Positions 1 to 9,710 of a DNA stretch of 64,000 bases are shown here, one piece after another. Both the position numbers and the translations under genes were made by a program. This DNA comes from Acidobacteriota bacterium (lineage in GTDB: Bacteria > Acidobacteriota > Blastocatellia > UBA7656), in assembly GCA_038040455.1 (NCBI GenBank), contig JBBPIH010000032.1:254-64253 (forward strand), read 5' to 3'. The notes beneath the pieces are model-generated. The model was given only the letters and a program-made list of their open reading frames with translations, did not search any database and was not told the origin of the DNA. Within the stretch, counting starts at the first letter, position 1. Each line of letters begins with the position of its first letter.

Positions 1-3000
1 ACGCTCAACTCGCCGCCCGTCGCCGCAGCCCCGCTTGAGTCAAAGATCTTCCATTTGATCCGCGCGCCATCCATCGCGTACCAGTGATCATTGATGATCC
101 ACAGACCGCATTGGAAATCTTCTCCGACCCGCCACACGTCGCGGTCGTATTCGAGACTTGCGAGCACCATCTGAAAGCTTCGCTGCACGGTGAAGTAAGA
201 TTTCGTAGGCTTGCGAAAATAATCGAGCGCGGCCATTGTCACCGACGGCCAGAAATCAATCGCATGAAAGTGAAGGATCCCCCCGGCATCGTACTTGCGC
301 CGCCTCATTCGCTCTATCGCCAGTTGATGAAGTCTCGCAACGTAAGCCTGAGTCTGTGGAATGTACTCTTTGAGGGATTTGCCTGAAGGGAGACCCCAGG
401 CGCGCATCGCTTCGCTGATCTGCAGCTTGCGGAAGATCCACTCTTCTTTGTGGTCTTCGATGGGCCAGTGGCGGGGAAGAAACTGCATCAAGGTTTCGTA
501 ATCCGGCAGCGCCGTGGCTCCAAGCTCTGAGATGAATTTTTCTTCCGTCGTCGTGTACTGCCAGATGCTGCCGCCGTACCATCCATAATAAATATGACCG
601 TCGCCATACCTGCCTGTGGAGCGCACGACGGCGCGGCGCTCCTGGTCGCCGGCATATAACCGCCCGGCCAGGTGCTTCGTCAGCACCCGATAATTCTCCA
701 GGTCTTCTTCATCGCTCGTTGCCCAGATCGCCACGCACGGGTGATTGCGAACCATTCGAATATGAGCATCGTACAGTCGCGCCGCATGCAGCGCGAACTC
801 CGTGTCGTGCGGATACCAGGCTTCCAGAAAGTCCTGCCACACCAGTATGCCAAGCTCGTCGCATCGGTCATAGAACTCCGGATTCTGAAAATGACAGTGC
901 AGGCGGATCATATTGATGTTCATGCTCTGCATTAGATTTAGATCGCGGTCGTACTTCTCGCGGCTCATCTCTGACAGAAACAACTCGAGGTAGTACGAAT
1001 TGGTGCCGCGAATATACAACCGGCGACCATTGAGGTAGAAGACCCAGCCGACTTTTTCTATTTCGCGTATGCCAACCGCCTGCGAGCAGGAATCAGAAAC
1101 CTGCTCATCAACCAGCACGCGCGTCGAGAGGGTGTAGAGATTCGGCTTGCCGTGGTCCCAGGTCCACCATAATTGCGGCTTGTTCAGGTGAAAGCGAACC
1201 GCAAAGCGCCGCGCACTCCGGTCGCCGAGACGAGAGAGGTCAACCGTTGCCTTCAGTTGCTCAGCGCCCGAAAAATTGCGGGGCACGAGCGCAAGCTCTA
1301 CTCTGCCTTCCAACTCTTCTGCTCTCAGAGCCACTTCCACGTCAACGTCTGCCGAACCGTCTGGATTTAGCGAAGGCCGGGCCACGACCGTGTCAATGAC
1401 AATTGAGTGGTTGGCGATGAGGCGCACGCTACGAGTGATGCCGAGAGGAGTGATGTCATCGGGTTTTTGATCAACCGCCCCGTACGAGCCTTTGATCGTG
1501 TACGGACGATGCCGCCAGTAGTAATCAACAGGAGTCCATACGCGCACCGCAAGGACGTTTTCGCCATCGAGATTCAGCTCATCAGCAACGTCAAACTCGT
1601 AAGGGTCAATGTAGCCTTCGTGTCGCCCGAGGCGTTTGCCGTTGAGCCAGATATCGGCATAATAGTCTGTCGCGCCGAATTGCAACCGCAGGCGCTTGCC
1701 TTTCATCTGAGCGGGCATGCGAAAGCTCTTGCGATACCACCACTCTTTGAAGCTGATCCATTCGGCTTCGTGCGTATAGTAGGCAGGGTATTTGAGGATT
1801 TGAGTGTGAACAGAGCCCGGCACTTGAACCTTTTGCCAGGTTGAATCGTCTGCCGCGACTTCAAACAGTCTCTGTTTTTCGCCGTCGCCTTTTTCCGCAT
1901 GCCGAAGCTTCCACAACCCGTCGAGAGAAAGCTCAATTGCGCTGGATTTGTCGCTCTCGGCAGGCTTGTCTCTCGCCGGCCCCTCTTCAACACGGTAGAT
2001 AGCCGTTCTCGGAGCGGCCGTGTAAGCGGGGAGTTTCGCCAGCGGCTGCGGCTCGAGGCTATGCGCGAGGATCGGCTGCGCGAATCTGCGATAGCAGGCG
2101 CGGGCCTCAAGCAGCGTTTCGGTGCCTTTCCACGACGGGAAGGCAATGGCGATTTGTGATGACCAATCCTTGGCTCGCTCCAGTACATCCGGCCGTTTTA
2201 TCGCTGCGATTCCTGTCTGCACCGCTTGTGGTGGAGCTGCACCGAGTTCTCGTACGGCGTAGAACTGTCGAGAGCCGGCGGCGAACCATTTGAGCGCCGA
2301 GTCCAACTCAATGAAGTCCAATGCGCCGTAGTTGTCTTGCGGATTGTAGTAAAGAATGTGGCCGCCGGGGAGGTCGTCGAAATTCTGCGCGCGGACTAGA
2401 AAGCTCTGCGGAATGATTTTCTTATGTGGCGGCTTGTCGGTATCCCATCCGTCGGGCCAGCCGACTTCCGCGCCGCCAGCCCAGTGTGTGAACGGTTCAT
2501 ACGGGAAAGCCGAAAGCGCCGAAAAGAAGAAGCCGTAGGTTCCTGCTCTGGTTTCGGTTCGCGCGCGCCACACGACGACCGGGCTGTTAGCGTACCATTC
2601 AAACTCCCATTCTTCCGCGCTTGTTCCGAGACGCGCACCTCTGAGCCGCACGCGAGCGCGCAACGGGCCGGACTCTATCACATCAACGCCAGTGAATCCG
2701 GACGTGCGGGCTGGGTTAGCGACGTTATTTAGGGCGGTTCCCCAACCGGCGCTTCGTATGCCGAATTGCAGCTCCTCTTTTACATCCGGTGTCGTTTCGA
2801 CGAGGTTGAGCATACGATGCTCGCCCGACTTGCGGTTGTAGGCCTCAACAATCGCCGGCGTCGTGTTGTCTTTACCGAGATTGATGATGATGCCGAAGCG
2901 ACTATTGCCAAGCTCGAGGCGACTCGTACCCAAACGACGCACGACGATGTCCGTTAGGTAATCGCCGCCGCGCTCTCCGGGCTGTCGCGCCGATTGTGCG

Positions 3001-3329
3001 AGCGGCGAGGCCAGAAGCCGGTAACGCGGCTGGCGGCCGGGTATCAAGGTGACCGGGAAAAGAATCTCGGCTGATTTGATCGAGCCGTCCGGGTGCGCGT
3101 CGCCGACGACAACTTGAACGGCTACCTCACGGCTTTCCTCATCAAGCACGCGCAACAACTCGGCGCGAGCCTCGCCCGCGGCAAAGCGGGTGATGAAGCG
3201 CACAACCTCGTTGTCGCGGCGCTCGATTCCTGTAGGTTCTTCGAGCTGTATTACCCAACTCCGCCCCTGTGCCGCCGCCATCACAGCAGCGCCGAGGATA
3301 GTTAAGACCAGGGCGGCTATCTTAATCAT
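1..3329 (-). CDS. Glycoside hydrolase family 2 protein (beta-mannosidase / exo-beta-glucosaminidase-like), secreted; C-terminal end runs off the left window edge
   Basis: Absent from the ORF track (no in-window stop). No minus-strand ORF in this frame is listed over 3.3 kb, which fits one open frame. Hand translation from ATG 3329..3327 gives [23 protein letters not shown] (signal peptide). Checked internal stretches: [82 protein letters not shown]. These are GH2 sugar-binding and TIM-barrel hallmarks. Confidence 0.85.
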   Translation of the reverse strand, partial: MIKIAALVLTILGAAVMAAAQGRSWVIQLEEPTGIERRDNEVVRFITRFAAGEARAELLRVLDEESREVAVQVVVGDAHPDGSIKSAEILFPVTLIPGRQPRYRLLASPLAQSARQPGERGGDYLTDIVVRRLGTSRLELGNSRFGIIINLGKDNTTPAIVEAYNRKSGEHRMLNLVETTPDVKEELQFGIRSAGWGTALNNVANPARTSGFTGVDVIESGPLRARVRLRGARLGTSAEEWEFEWYANSPVVVWRARTETRAGTYGFFFSALSAFPYEPFTHWAGGAEVGWPDGWDTDKPPHKKIIPQSFLVRAQNFDDLPGGHILYYNPQDNYGALDFIELDSALKWFAAGSRQFYAVRELGAAPPQAVQTGIAAIKRPDVLERAKDWSSQIAIAFPSWKGTETLLEARACYRRFAQPILAHSLEPQPLAKLPAYTAAPRTAIYRVEEGPARDKPAESDKSSAIELSLDGLWKLRHAEKGDGEKQRLFEVAADDSTWQKVQVPGSVHTQILKYPAYYTHEAEWISFKEWWYRKSFRMPAQMKGKRLRLQFGATDYYADIWLNGKRLGRHEGYIDPYEFDVADELNLDGENVLAVRVWTPVDYYWRHRPYTIKGSYGAVDQKPDDITPLGITRSVRLIANHSIVIDTVVARPSLNPDGSADVDVEVALRAEELEGRVELALVPRNFSGAEQLKATVDLSRLGDRSARRFAVRFHLNKPQLWWTWDHGKPNLYTLSTRVLVDEQVSDSCSQAVGIREIEKVGWVFYLNGRRLYIRGTNSYYLELFLSEMSREKYDRDLNLMQSMNINMIRLHCHFQNPEFYDRCDELGILVWQDFLEAWYPHDTEFALHAARLYDAHIRMVRNHPCVAIWATSDEEDLENYRVLTKHLAGRLYAGDQERRAVVRSTGRYGDGHIYYGWYGGSIWQYTTTEEKFISELGATALPDYETLMQFLPRHWPIEDHKEEWIFRKLQISEAMRAWGLPSGKSLKEYIPQTQAYVARLHQLAIERMRRRKYDAGGILHFHAIDFWPSVTMAALDYFRKPTKSYFTVQRSFQMVLASLEYDRDVWRVGEDFQCGLWIINDHWYAMDGARIKWKIFDSSGAAATGGELS

Positions 3330-3465
3330 CAACGTATGCTAGATTGTAAACGGCTGTTGTACAAATCATTCTATTCTTAGTATGGGTGCCCCTCGATCAA
3401 GGCTAGAGGCACACCAAAAAGAAAAGGCAGCCGTTTAGCCGCCCCGTAATCTCCTGATTCTAAAG

Positions 3466-3539
3466 TACGCCCGGCACGACTCGAACGTGCGACCTCTTGC
3501 TTCGTAGGCAAGCGCTCTATCCAGCTGAGCTACGGGCGC
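3466..3539 (-). tRNA. tRNA-Arg (anticodon ACG)
   Basis: The reverse complement GCGCCCGTAGCTCAGCTGGATAGAGCGCTTGCCTACGAAGCAAGAGGTCGCACGTTCGAGTCGTGCCGGGCGTA folds as a 74-nt cloverleaf. It has a 7-bp acceptor, GCTC/GAGC D stem, CTTGC/GCAAG anticodon stem with loop CTACGAA, and GCACG/CGTGC T stem with TTCGAGT loop. CCA is not encoded. Confidence 0.95.
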
Positions 3540-3748
3540 GTAAGCGGAACTGATTGCTAATGCACCGTTGGTACTCAGCGATTATTGCAAGGCTCGCAAA
3601 GAGTGTCAACGAAGCGTGATTCGCGAAACGTGATGCGTGATCCGTGTAGCGTGAAGGTTGTCCTGCCTGTGACAAACAATGAGTGATTTAGCGGGCGCGC
3701 GATCAACCGAAGTTGCGCGCGAGGGTTTGTGGTGATAGACAGTTCGCG

Positions 3749-4438
3749 ATGAAGCAGGTAGCCCCCAACGCCTTTCCGCATATTCCAGAGTCGATCCCGT
3801 ATGTCATTCAGAATCTTGAAGCCGTCTACGGCGCGCCGAGGCCTGAGCGCGGGCTTGATCCGCTCGACGTTCTTATTGAGACAATACTCTCGCAATCTAC
3901 AACGAACGCTAACAGTAACCGCGCGTTCGCGAGCTTGAAGCAACGGTTTCCGACGTGGGATGCGGCGAGGCGCGCGCGCGTCAGTTCAATCGAAACGGCG
4001 ATAAGATCGGGCGGGCTTGCCAGACAGAAGTCGGTTCGCATTAAACAGTTGCTTACCGAAATTCACAAGCGCCGCGGGTCGCTCGATCTCTCGTTTCTCG
4101 AGAGCGCGCCCCTCGAAGAAGCCAAGCAGTTTCTGGCGAGCTTCAAAGGCGTCGGGCCGAAGACAGTCGCTTGTACGCTGCTGTTCGCTTGCAACCGCGC
4201 GGTGTTTCCCATTGACACTCACATCTTTCGTATAGCTGGAAGACTCGGATTGATTTCTGAAAGGTGCTCGGATGAAGAGGCTCACAGCTTGATGGGCGCG
4301 ATGATTCCGCGGAAACGCTACTACGAGGTTCACATCAACCTGATTCGTCACGGTCGCAAGGTCTGCCGCCCGCGCGACCCGTTGTGTGAGCAGTGCTGTT
4401 TGGTTGATTACTGCGAGTACTATCAAACGCTCTACTGA
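3749..4438 (+). CDS. Endonuclease III-like HhH-GPD DNA glycosylase with 4Fe-4S cluster
   Basis: Helix-hairpin-helix FKGVGPKTVACTLLFA, followed by PIDTHIFR. C-terminal Cys cluster CRPRDPLCEQCCLVDYC (C-x6-C-x2-C-x5-C). ATG 3749 is in frame with the track's non-ATG start at 3713. Confidence 0.8.
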   Translation: MKQVAPNAFPHIPESIPYVIQNLEAVYGAPRPERGLDPLDVLIETILSQSTTNANSNRAFASLKQRFPTWDAARRARVSSIETAIRSGGLARQKSVRIKQLLTEIHKRRGSLDLSFLESAPLEEAKQFLASFKGVGPKTVACTLLFACNRAVFPIDTHIFRIAGRLGLISERCSDEEAHSLMGAMIPRKRYYEVHINLIRHGRKVCRPRDPLCEQCCLVDYCEYYQTLY

Positions 4439-4974
4439 ACGGGCGGCTTCAACAGCTTTGTTATCTCGAGCGCGAGATGCTCAGGTGAGAAGTCGCCCGC
4501 CTGAACCGCAAAGTCCGCCTGAGCATAATCCGAACCCCTCTGTTCTAGTAGCTCTCTCATTTCATCTTCATCACCCAGCAGCGGACGCGACCGGTCGCCC
4601 CTGATTCTTCCGAGGCACACCTCGAGTGGACAGTCGAGCCAAACGGTCTTCCCAATCGCGCGCAACGAGGCCCGGTTCTCTTCCGAAACATAAGCACCTC
4701 CGCCGAGCGCGATGACCGTGCGAACCATCTCACTGCACGACTGAAGCGCTTCGCGTTCTAAGCGGCGAAACTCTGACTCGCCAAAGTCGGCAAAGATTGC
4801 TGGGACCGATTTGCCGACCTGGTTTTCAATAAGTCCGTCGAGATCGAAGAAGTCGTATCGGAGGTGACGGGCCAGCGCTCGGCCGACGGTGGTCTTGCCC
4901 GCGCCCATGAAGCCGATCAGAAAAATCGGCTCGTCTCCTGCCAGAGAGTTATTCGGCGCGGTCATCGTTATCAC
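4432..4974 (-). CDS. aroK: Shikimate kinase
   Basis: Walker A FMGAGKTTVGRALA. Size about 180 aa. Its start overlaps the aroA stop (GTGA overlap), implying an aroA-aroK operon. Confidence 0.9.
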   Translation of the reverse strand: MITMTAPNNSLAGDEPIFLIGFMGAGKTTVGRALARHLRYDFFDLDGLIENQVGKSVPAIFADFGESEFRRLEREALQSCSEMVRTVIALGGGAYVSEENRASLRAIGKTVWLDCPLEVCLGRIRGDRSRPLLGDEDEMRELLEQRGSDYAQADFAVQAGDFSPEHLALEITKLLKPPVQ

Positions 4975-6311
4975 TCAATGGGGCTGGGCGCAACGGTGCC
5001 TGGCGCGGTCAGCATCGCGAGCGACTGATAGAACTCCGGGAACGATACGCCGGCGCAGTCGGCATCGATGATCTCGGTCGTTCCTTCCGCGATCAAGCCG
5101 GCGATCGCGAACGCCATGGCGATGCGATGATCGCCGGAGGTCTCAACCCGGCCGCCAGTGAGCTGCTGCGGGCCGTTTACGGCGAAGCCGTCGTCGAACT
5201 CTTCGATCTCGCCGCCGAGCGCTCTTATGCCATCGACGACAGTTCTGATGCGGTCACTTTCCTTGATCCGTAGTTCTCCGGCATCGCGAACCTCAACTCG
5301 ACCTTCGACTTGCGTGGCGACGACGGTAAGGATAGGGACCTCATCGATGATGTTAGGAATGATTCCGCCTGAGAGCCTAGTTCCGCGCCGTTCGCTTCTA
5401 AGCTGCCCGCCGGAGACAAGCAGGTCACCAATCGTCTCGTTATGCTGCTCCCTAACATTCTGCTTTTGTATGTTGGCGCCGAGTTCATTCAACACGTCGA
5501 TGAAGGCTGTGCGAGTGGGATTGAGGCTCACGTCCGGAACCAGCACTTCGGAGTCGGGCAGCATTGTTGCGGCGGCAAGGAAGAAAGCCGCAGAAGACAG
5601 GTCGCCGGGCACGTGATAGTCGACGGCATTCAAGGCGTATAGCCCGTCAACGCTCAACGTGCCACTGAATGAGTCGCGTTCAAAGTGTGCGCCAAATTCT
5701 TTCAGCATCAGCTCGGTGTGATTGCGAGATAAAGCCGGTTCCGAAAAGCTTGTCCGTCCATCGGCGAGGAGCCCTGCAAACAGCACGCACGTCTTCACCT
5801 GAGCGCTTGCGACCGGGCTCGCGTAATCAACCGCGTTCAGCTTTTGCCCATGAATAGTCAACGGCGCGAAGGTTCCGTCTCTCGCTTCGATACGCGCGCG
5901 CATCAAGCTGAGCGGCTCGATGATTCGCGCCATTGGCCGGCGACGGAGGCTCGCGTCGCCGTCGATCTCGGATGTGAATTGTTGTCCGGCAAGCAGACCG
6001 GTGAGCATTCTTATCGTTGAACCGGAGTTAGCGGCGTTGAGGTGGACGGCCGGCGCGGGCGGGTGGTATCCGAAGAGTGCTTCGCCCTGAATTACCAGCT
6101 CCGAGCCGGCGTCTTCCACTCGCACTCCAAGCCTGCGAATGCAATCGAGGGTGGCTTGGCAATCGGCGCTGGAAGCCAGGCCGGTGATTCTGGATGCGCC
6201 GCTTGCGATCGAGGCAAGCATTACGACTCGGTGTGAGATTGACTTGTCGCCGGGAACCTTGAGCGAGCCTTTGACCCTCGCTGGCCCCATGATTCTCATC
6301 GATCTTGACAT
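4971..6311 (-). CDS. aroA: 3-phosphoshikimate 1-carboxyvinyltransferase (EPSP synthase)
   Basis: N-terminal LKVPGDKSISHRVVMLASIA, then LNAANSGSTIRMLTGLLA, and C-terminal GDHRIAMAFAIAGL. ATG 6311 (MSRSMRIMGP...) preferred over the track's upstream start 6335. Confidence 0.9.
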   Translation of the reverse strand: MSRSMRIMGPARVKGSLKVPGDKSISHRVVMLASIASGASRITGLASSADCQATLDCIRRLGVRVEDAGSELVIQGEALFGYHPPAPAVHLNAANSGSTIRMLTGLLAGQQFTSEIDGDASLRRRPMARIIEPLSLMRARIEARDGTFAPLTIHGQKLNAVDYASPVASAQVKTCVLFAGLLADGRTSFSEPALSRNHTELMLKEFGAHFERDSFSGTLSVDGLYALNAVDYHVPGDLSSAAFFLAAATMLPDSEVLVPDVSLNPTRTAFIDVLNELGANIQKQNVREQHNETIGDLLVSGGQLRSERRGTRLSGGIIPNIIDEVPILTVVATQVEGRVEVRDAGELRIKESDRIRTVVDGIRALGGEIEEFDDGFAVNGPQQLTGGRVETSGDHRIAMAFAIAGLIAEGTTEIIDADCAGVSFPEFYQSLAMLTAPGTVAPSPIE

Positions 6312-6419
6312 CGCAACTTTCCGTATGTTACACAATGACGCGCCTTGTGACCACCTAGCTTATATCGCGCGGTTCGACCAGGGTCTAAAAGGTTAAACGG
6401 AAAGGCATACCGCGAGCCG

Positions 6420-6839
6420 ATGACAGAGACCATCGAGCTTTCAATCGACAGCAAAATCGAGTTCGTTGATTTGGTCGCGTCGGTTACCAAGAGCGTTACG
6501 ACTAAGATGGGATACGACGAGGACGATGCAAGCTGGATCGAGCTTGCGGTGCATGAGGCGGTCATCAACGCAATAATGCACGGGAACAAAAGCGCGGCCG
6601 ACAAGCAGGTGGATGTTCGGTTCGTCACCGAACAGGATGGGCTCACGGTTTTCGTAAGGGATTATGGGGAAGGGTTCGACCCGGCGCAGTTGCCCGATCC
6701 CACAAACTCAGATAACCTGCTTAACCCGAGTGGCCGGGGGATCTTTTATATGCGCACTTTTATGGACGAGGTCGAGCATTCGATTCATCCAGAAGGCGGA
6801 AGCGTCGTGCGGATGAGAAAGATCAAGCGCTCATCTTAA
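6420..6839 (+). CDS. Anti-sigma regulatory factor, RsbW/SpoIIAB-like serine kinase (HATPase_c)
   Basis: N-box ELAVHEAVINAIMHGN, G1 box VRDYGEGFD, G2 box GRGIFYM. 139 aa. Confidence 0.8.
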   Translation: MTETIELSIDSKIEFVDLVASVTKSVTTKMGYDEDDASWIELAVHEAVINAIMHGNKSAADKQVDVRFVTEQDGLTVFVRDYGEGFDPAQLPDPTNSDNLLNPSGRGIFYMRTFMDEVEHSIHPEGGSVVRMRKIKRSS

Positions 6840-6878
6840 GAACCCAATTTCTTGTAGACGGAAAAGGAGACGTAGACG

Positions 6879-7226
6879 ATGGCTAATCTGAATATCAAGG
6901 ACCGCCAGGCTGGCGAAGTCACGGTACTCGATCTCTCGGGCAAGATAACGATCGGAGAGGGGAGCGTGCAGCTACGCGAGGCCGTCCGCCGCCTGCTCGA
7001 CGAAGGTAAGAAGAAGATATTGCTCAACCTCGGCGACGTGTCGTATGTGGATAGCTCAGGCATAGGCGAGTTGGTCAGCTCTTATACCACGACGAACCAT
7101 AACGGCGGCCAGTTGAAGCTGTTGAATCAGACCAAGAAGATTCACGACCTCTTGACCATCACCAAGCTTTTGACCGTGTTTGAATCGTTCGATGACGAAG
7201 CAAAGGCGATCGCGAGTTTCAAGTAG
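6879..7226 (+). CDS. Anti-sigma factor antagonist (STAS domain, RsbV/SpoIIAA-like)
   Basis: 115 aa. Contains [11 protein letters not shown] with the conserved phosphorylatable Ser context (DSSG). Lies directly downstream of the RsbW-like kinase. Confidence 0.85.
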   Translation: MANLNIKDRQAGEVTVLDLSGKITIGEGSVQLREAVRRLLDEGKKKILLNLGDVSYVDSSGIGELVSSYTTTNHNGGQLKLLNQTKKIHDLLTITKLLTVFESFDDEAKAIASFK

Positions 7227-7328
7227 AACAGCGAGGCCCTGACCGAAGGGCAACTGATGTTGAAGCTGATTAAAGGGCGCAGGCCTCTACGCTAAGTAGA
7301 AGGCAGCGCCCTTTCGCATCTGTAAACC

Positions 7329-9614
7329 ATGGCGACGAAGTTCCACTTGTTTGCAATACTGTGCGCCCTCCTGGCAATGCCAGCCAGCGCGCAGCCATCC
7401 AGGCAGGACGGGAAGACCCTGGCCGTTGTCATAGGAATTTCCAAGTATCAGAAGCTTCCCGGCGGCCAGCAGCTTCAGTTTGCGGATCGCGACGCCACAT
7501 CGTTCGCCGAGGCTATCCAGAAGAGGGGAGTCAGCGCTCAAGACCTCAGGTTGTTGACCGCCAGTGAAGCGACCGCCTCCGCCATCAAGTCGGCAATCGG
7601 CAACTGGCTCGCGCGGTCGGCTTCGGAGTCGGACACGGTTCTAATATTCTTTTCGGGGCACGGGTTGTTCGAGCGCGAGTTCGGGGAAGCGTACCTGCTC
7701 GCTTACGACTCTGATCCGAAGGACCCCTACAGCACCGCGTTGTCGGTCAGCGAACTCAGCCGGGCGGTGAATCGCAGGGTTCGTTCAGGTCGCGTGCTTG
7801 TGATTGCCGACGCCGTGCGACGCGACTTCTTCGATCCGGAAACCGACCGCGGCTCAGCCACTTTGTTCGGACAGTCTTTTGATCAGCTTGCTGCCTCTCG
7901 CCCGGGAGTGTCGGCGATTATTGCGAGTGGGCCCGGAGAGTTTTCTCGCGAAGGACAACGCTGGGGTGGTCGCGGCGTGTTTACCAAGCACCTGGCTGAT
8001 GTGTTGTCTGACGGAGCCGATAGGAGCGGCAACGTAGCCGCTGCCGCCGCCGAGCTTTTCGATCTCTTGAAAGGCCGAGTGGCGGAGGATACCGCCGGCA
8101 AACAGCACCCGTGGAGAAGCGGCACCGGGCTTGCCCCGCTTGAGGCGGCTCGCGCCGCGCGGCAAACCGTTCCGACGGTAGCCAAAGTCGAACCTGTCGT
8201 GAAGACGACCGCGCCTAATGTAGATTCGCCATCAAAGCCCGCTGAGGCGAAGAAGCCTTCCGAGGCTCCCGCTCAGCCCGAGCAGAAGCCGGCTCCGAGC
8301 CTGCCTCCCAAACAAGTCGCTGAGACAAAACCTGACCGCGCGCCGACTGAACCAAAGCCTACTGAAACGGTACGGGCGACTGTTGAGAAAGGCGAGCCCG
8401 TGTCGCCGGGTGTGAGCTCAAAGAGAGAGGCCGGACCGCCTGCTGGAGCGAGTGAAAAGAAAGCAGTGACCGGCGCGGCTAACGTCAGCGGTGAACGTCC
8501 CAATGCCAGCGTAGCGCCAAAGCCTGCCGCCACTTCAAGCAACACTACTCCCAGGCCCGCGCAGCCCGCGCCGGCCAAACCTTCGCCACCGCGAGGTTCA
8601 ACTCCGCCCGCAACTGAAGCCGTTGGCGGAACACAACCGGCGATGGCGCCACCTCACGGGCTGGCGCGGCCCGAAGTTGCGATTGCCGACATATCCGCAG
8701 CCCCAAGACCAACAATCATTCCGCCGAGCACTGGCGCTGTCTCATCGGATCGGGCGACCAATCAACCTGAAACTCTCTCCGCTTCTGTTCCCACGGCGCG
8801 GCCGGAAGCCGTGCCTTCGCCGCTGATCATACAACTCGAAACCGCGATCGCTTCGAAGAACTTGATCGAGCCCAGGAACGCCAGCGCGTGGGACTTCTAT
8901 CAGCGGCTGGCTTCCGACCCGGTCGCGTCGGCGGACGCAGCTCGGTTGAAGCCGATTCTCTCCGGGGCGCTAGCCGCGCAGGCGCGAGCCATAGTAAGCG
9001 GGGACGTCCGCAGCGACAACATCTCCGACAAGGTGGATGACTTCAAGCGAGCCGGACAGATGCTCGCACGGGCTCGAACGCTGACGCCTGATAACGGCGA
9101 AGTGAGCGCGCTCGAGAAGCTGAGTGCAGCCGAGGCTCTAATAGCGCTGCAGTTCTATGATGAAGCTGAACGAGCTTTGGGGCAGGTTCAGACTGCGAAG
9201 CTTGCTGCGGTCGAGAATGCGCTTGGGCTCGTGTACCAGGGCAAGCTCGACGCGTTTCGGGCCGAACGCGCGTTCAAGCGAGCGGTCGAGCTTGATGCGA
9301 AATGGGCGGCTCCGCATTACAATCTCGCGCTGCTTTATCGGAGCCAACAGAATCAGGCGGCGCTTTCAGAACTGGAAACCGCCGCCTCGCTTGACTCGAG
9401 CAACGTGCACCTGCTGGGTGCGCTGGGCGAGGAATACTTCACCCGTCAACAGTGGAAGCAAGCTACGGAAGCATTTCGCAAAGCGGTTGCTCTCAAGCCT
9501 TCCGATGATAACCTGCACACAAAGCTGGGCCACGCGCTCTACAGCCAGGGGCTTCAAGATGAAGCAAATCGCGAGTACCAGAAAGCTCGCGAGCTGCGCG
9601 GCAAACAACCCTGA
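7329..9614 (+). CDS. Secreted caspase-like (peptidase C14 fold) protein with Pro/Ala-rich linker and C-terminal TPR repeats; catalytic Cys position is Val
   Basis: Signal peptide MATKFHLFAILCALLAMPASAQ. Caspase-domain pattern LAVVIGISKYQ ... IFFSGHGL (His, codon 7659-7661) ... VLVIADAVRRD. The canonical D-A-C Cys is GTG = Val at 7815-7817. A low-complexity P/A/K-rich segment of about 250 aa follows. The C-terminus has TPR-like repeats (ALGLVYQGKLDAFRAERAFKRAVELD, HYNLALLYRSQ, ATEAFRKAVALKPSD). Confidence 0.7.
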   Translation: MATKFHLFAILCALLAMPASAQPSRQDGKTLAVVIGISKYQKLPGGQQLQFADRDATSFAEAIQKRGVSAQDLRLLTASEATASAIKSAIGNWLARSASESDTVLIFFSGHGLFEREFGEAYLLAYDSDPKDPYSTALSVSELSRAVNRRVRSGRVLVIADAVRRDFFDPETDRGSATLFGQSFDQLAASRPGVSAIIASGPGEFSREGQRWGGRGVFTKHLADVLSDGADRSGNVAAAAAELFDLLKGRVAEDTAGKQHPWRSGTGLAPLEAARAARQTVPTVAKVEPVVKTTAPNVDSPSKPAEAKKPSEAPAQPEQKPAPSLPPKQVAETKPDRAPTEPKPTETVRATVEKGEPVSPGVSSKREAGPPAGASEKKAVTGAANVSGERPNASVAPKPAATSSNTTPRPAQPAPAKPSPPRGSTPPATEAVGGTQPAMAPPHGLARPEVAIADISAAPRPTIIPPSTGAVSSDRATNQPETLSASVPTARPEAVPSPLIIQLETAIASKNLIEPRNASAWDFYQRLASDPVASADAARLKPILSGALAAQARAIVSGDVRSDNISDKVDDFKRAGQMLARARTLTPDNGEVSALEKLSAAEALIALQFYDEAERALGQVQTAKLAAVENALGLVYQGKLDAFRAERAFKRAVELDAKWAAPHYNLALLYRSQQNQAALSELETAASLDSSNVHLLGALGEEYFTRQQWKQATEAFRKAVALKPSDDNLHTKLGHALYSQGLQDEANREYQKARELRGKQP

Positions 9615-9618
9615 ACCT

Positions 9619-9705
9619 GTGAAGTAGCATAGACTTTAGTCTGTGTCCCGTGACTTTCCTGGTACGGGAATTACCGGACACAGACTAAAGTCTAGGCCAC
9701 TTCAC
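9619..9705. repeat. Long imperfect palindrome between convergent genes (possible bidirectional terminator / REP-like element)
   Basis: GTGAAGT..TAGACTTTAGTCTGTGTCC (9619-9648) pairs with GGACACAGACTAAAGTCTA..ACTTCAC (9677-9705). The core is a 19-bp perfect stem. An inner CCCGT/ACGGG pair is also present. Confidence 0.75.
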
Positions 9706-9710
9706 ACGTT

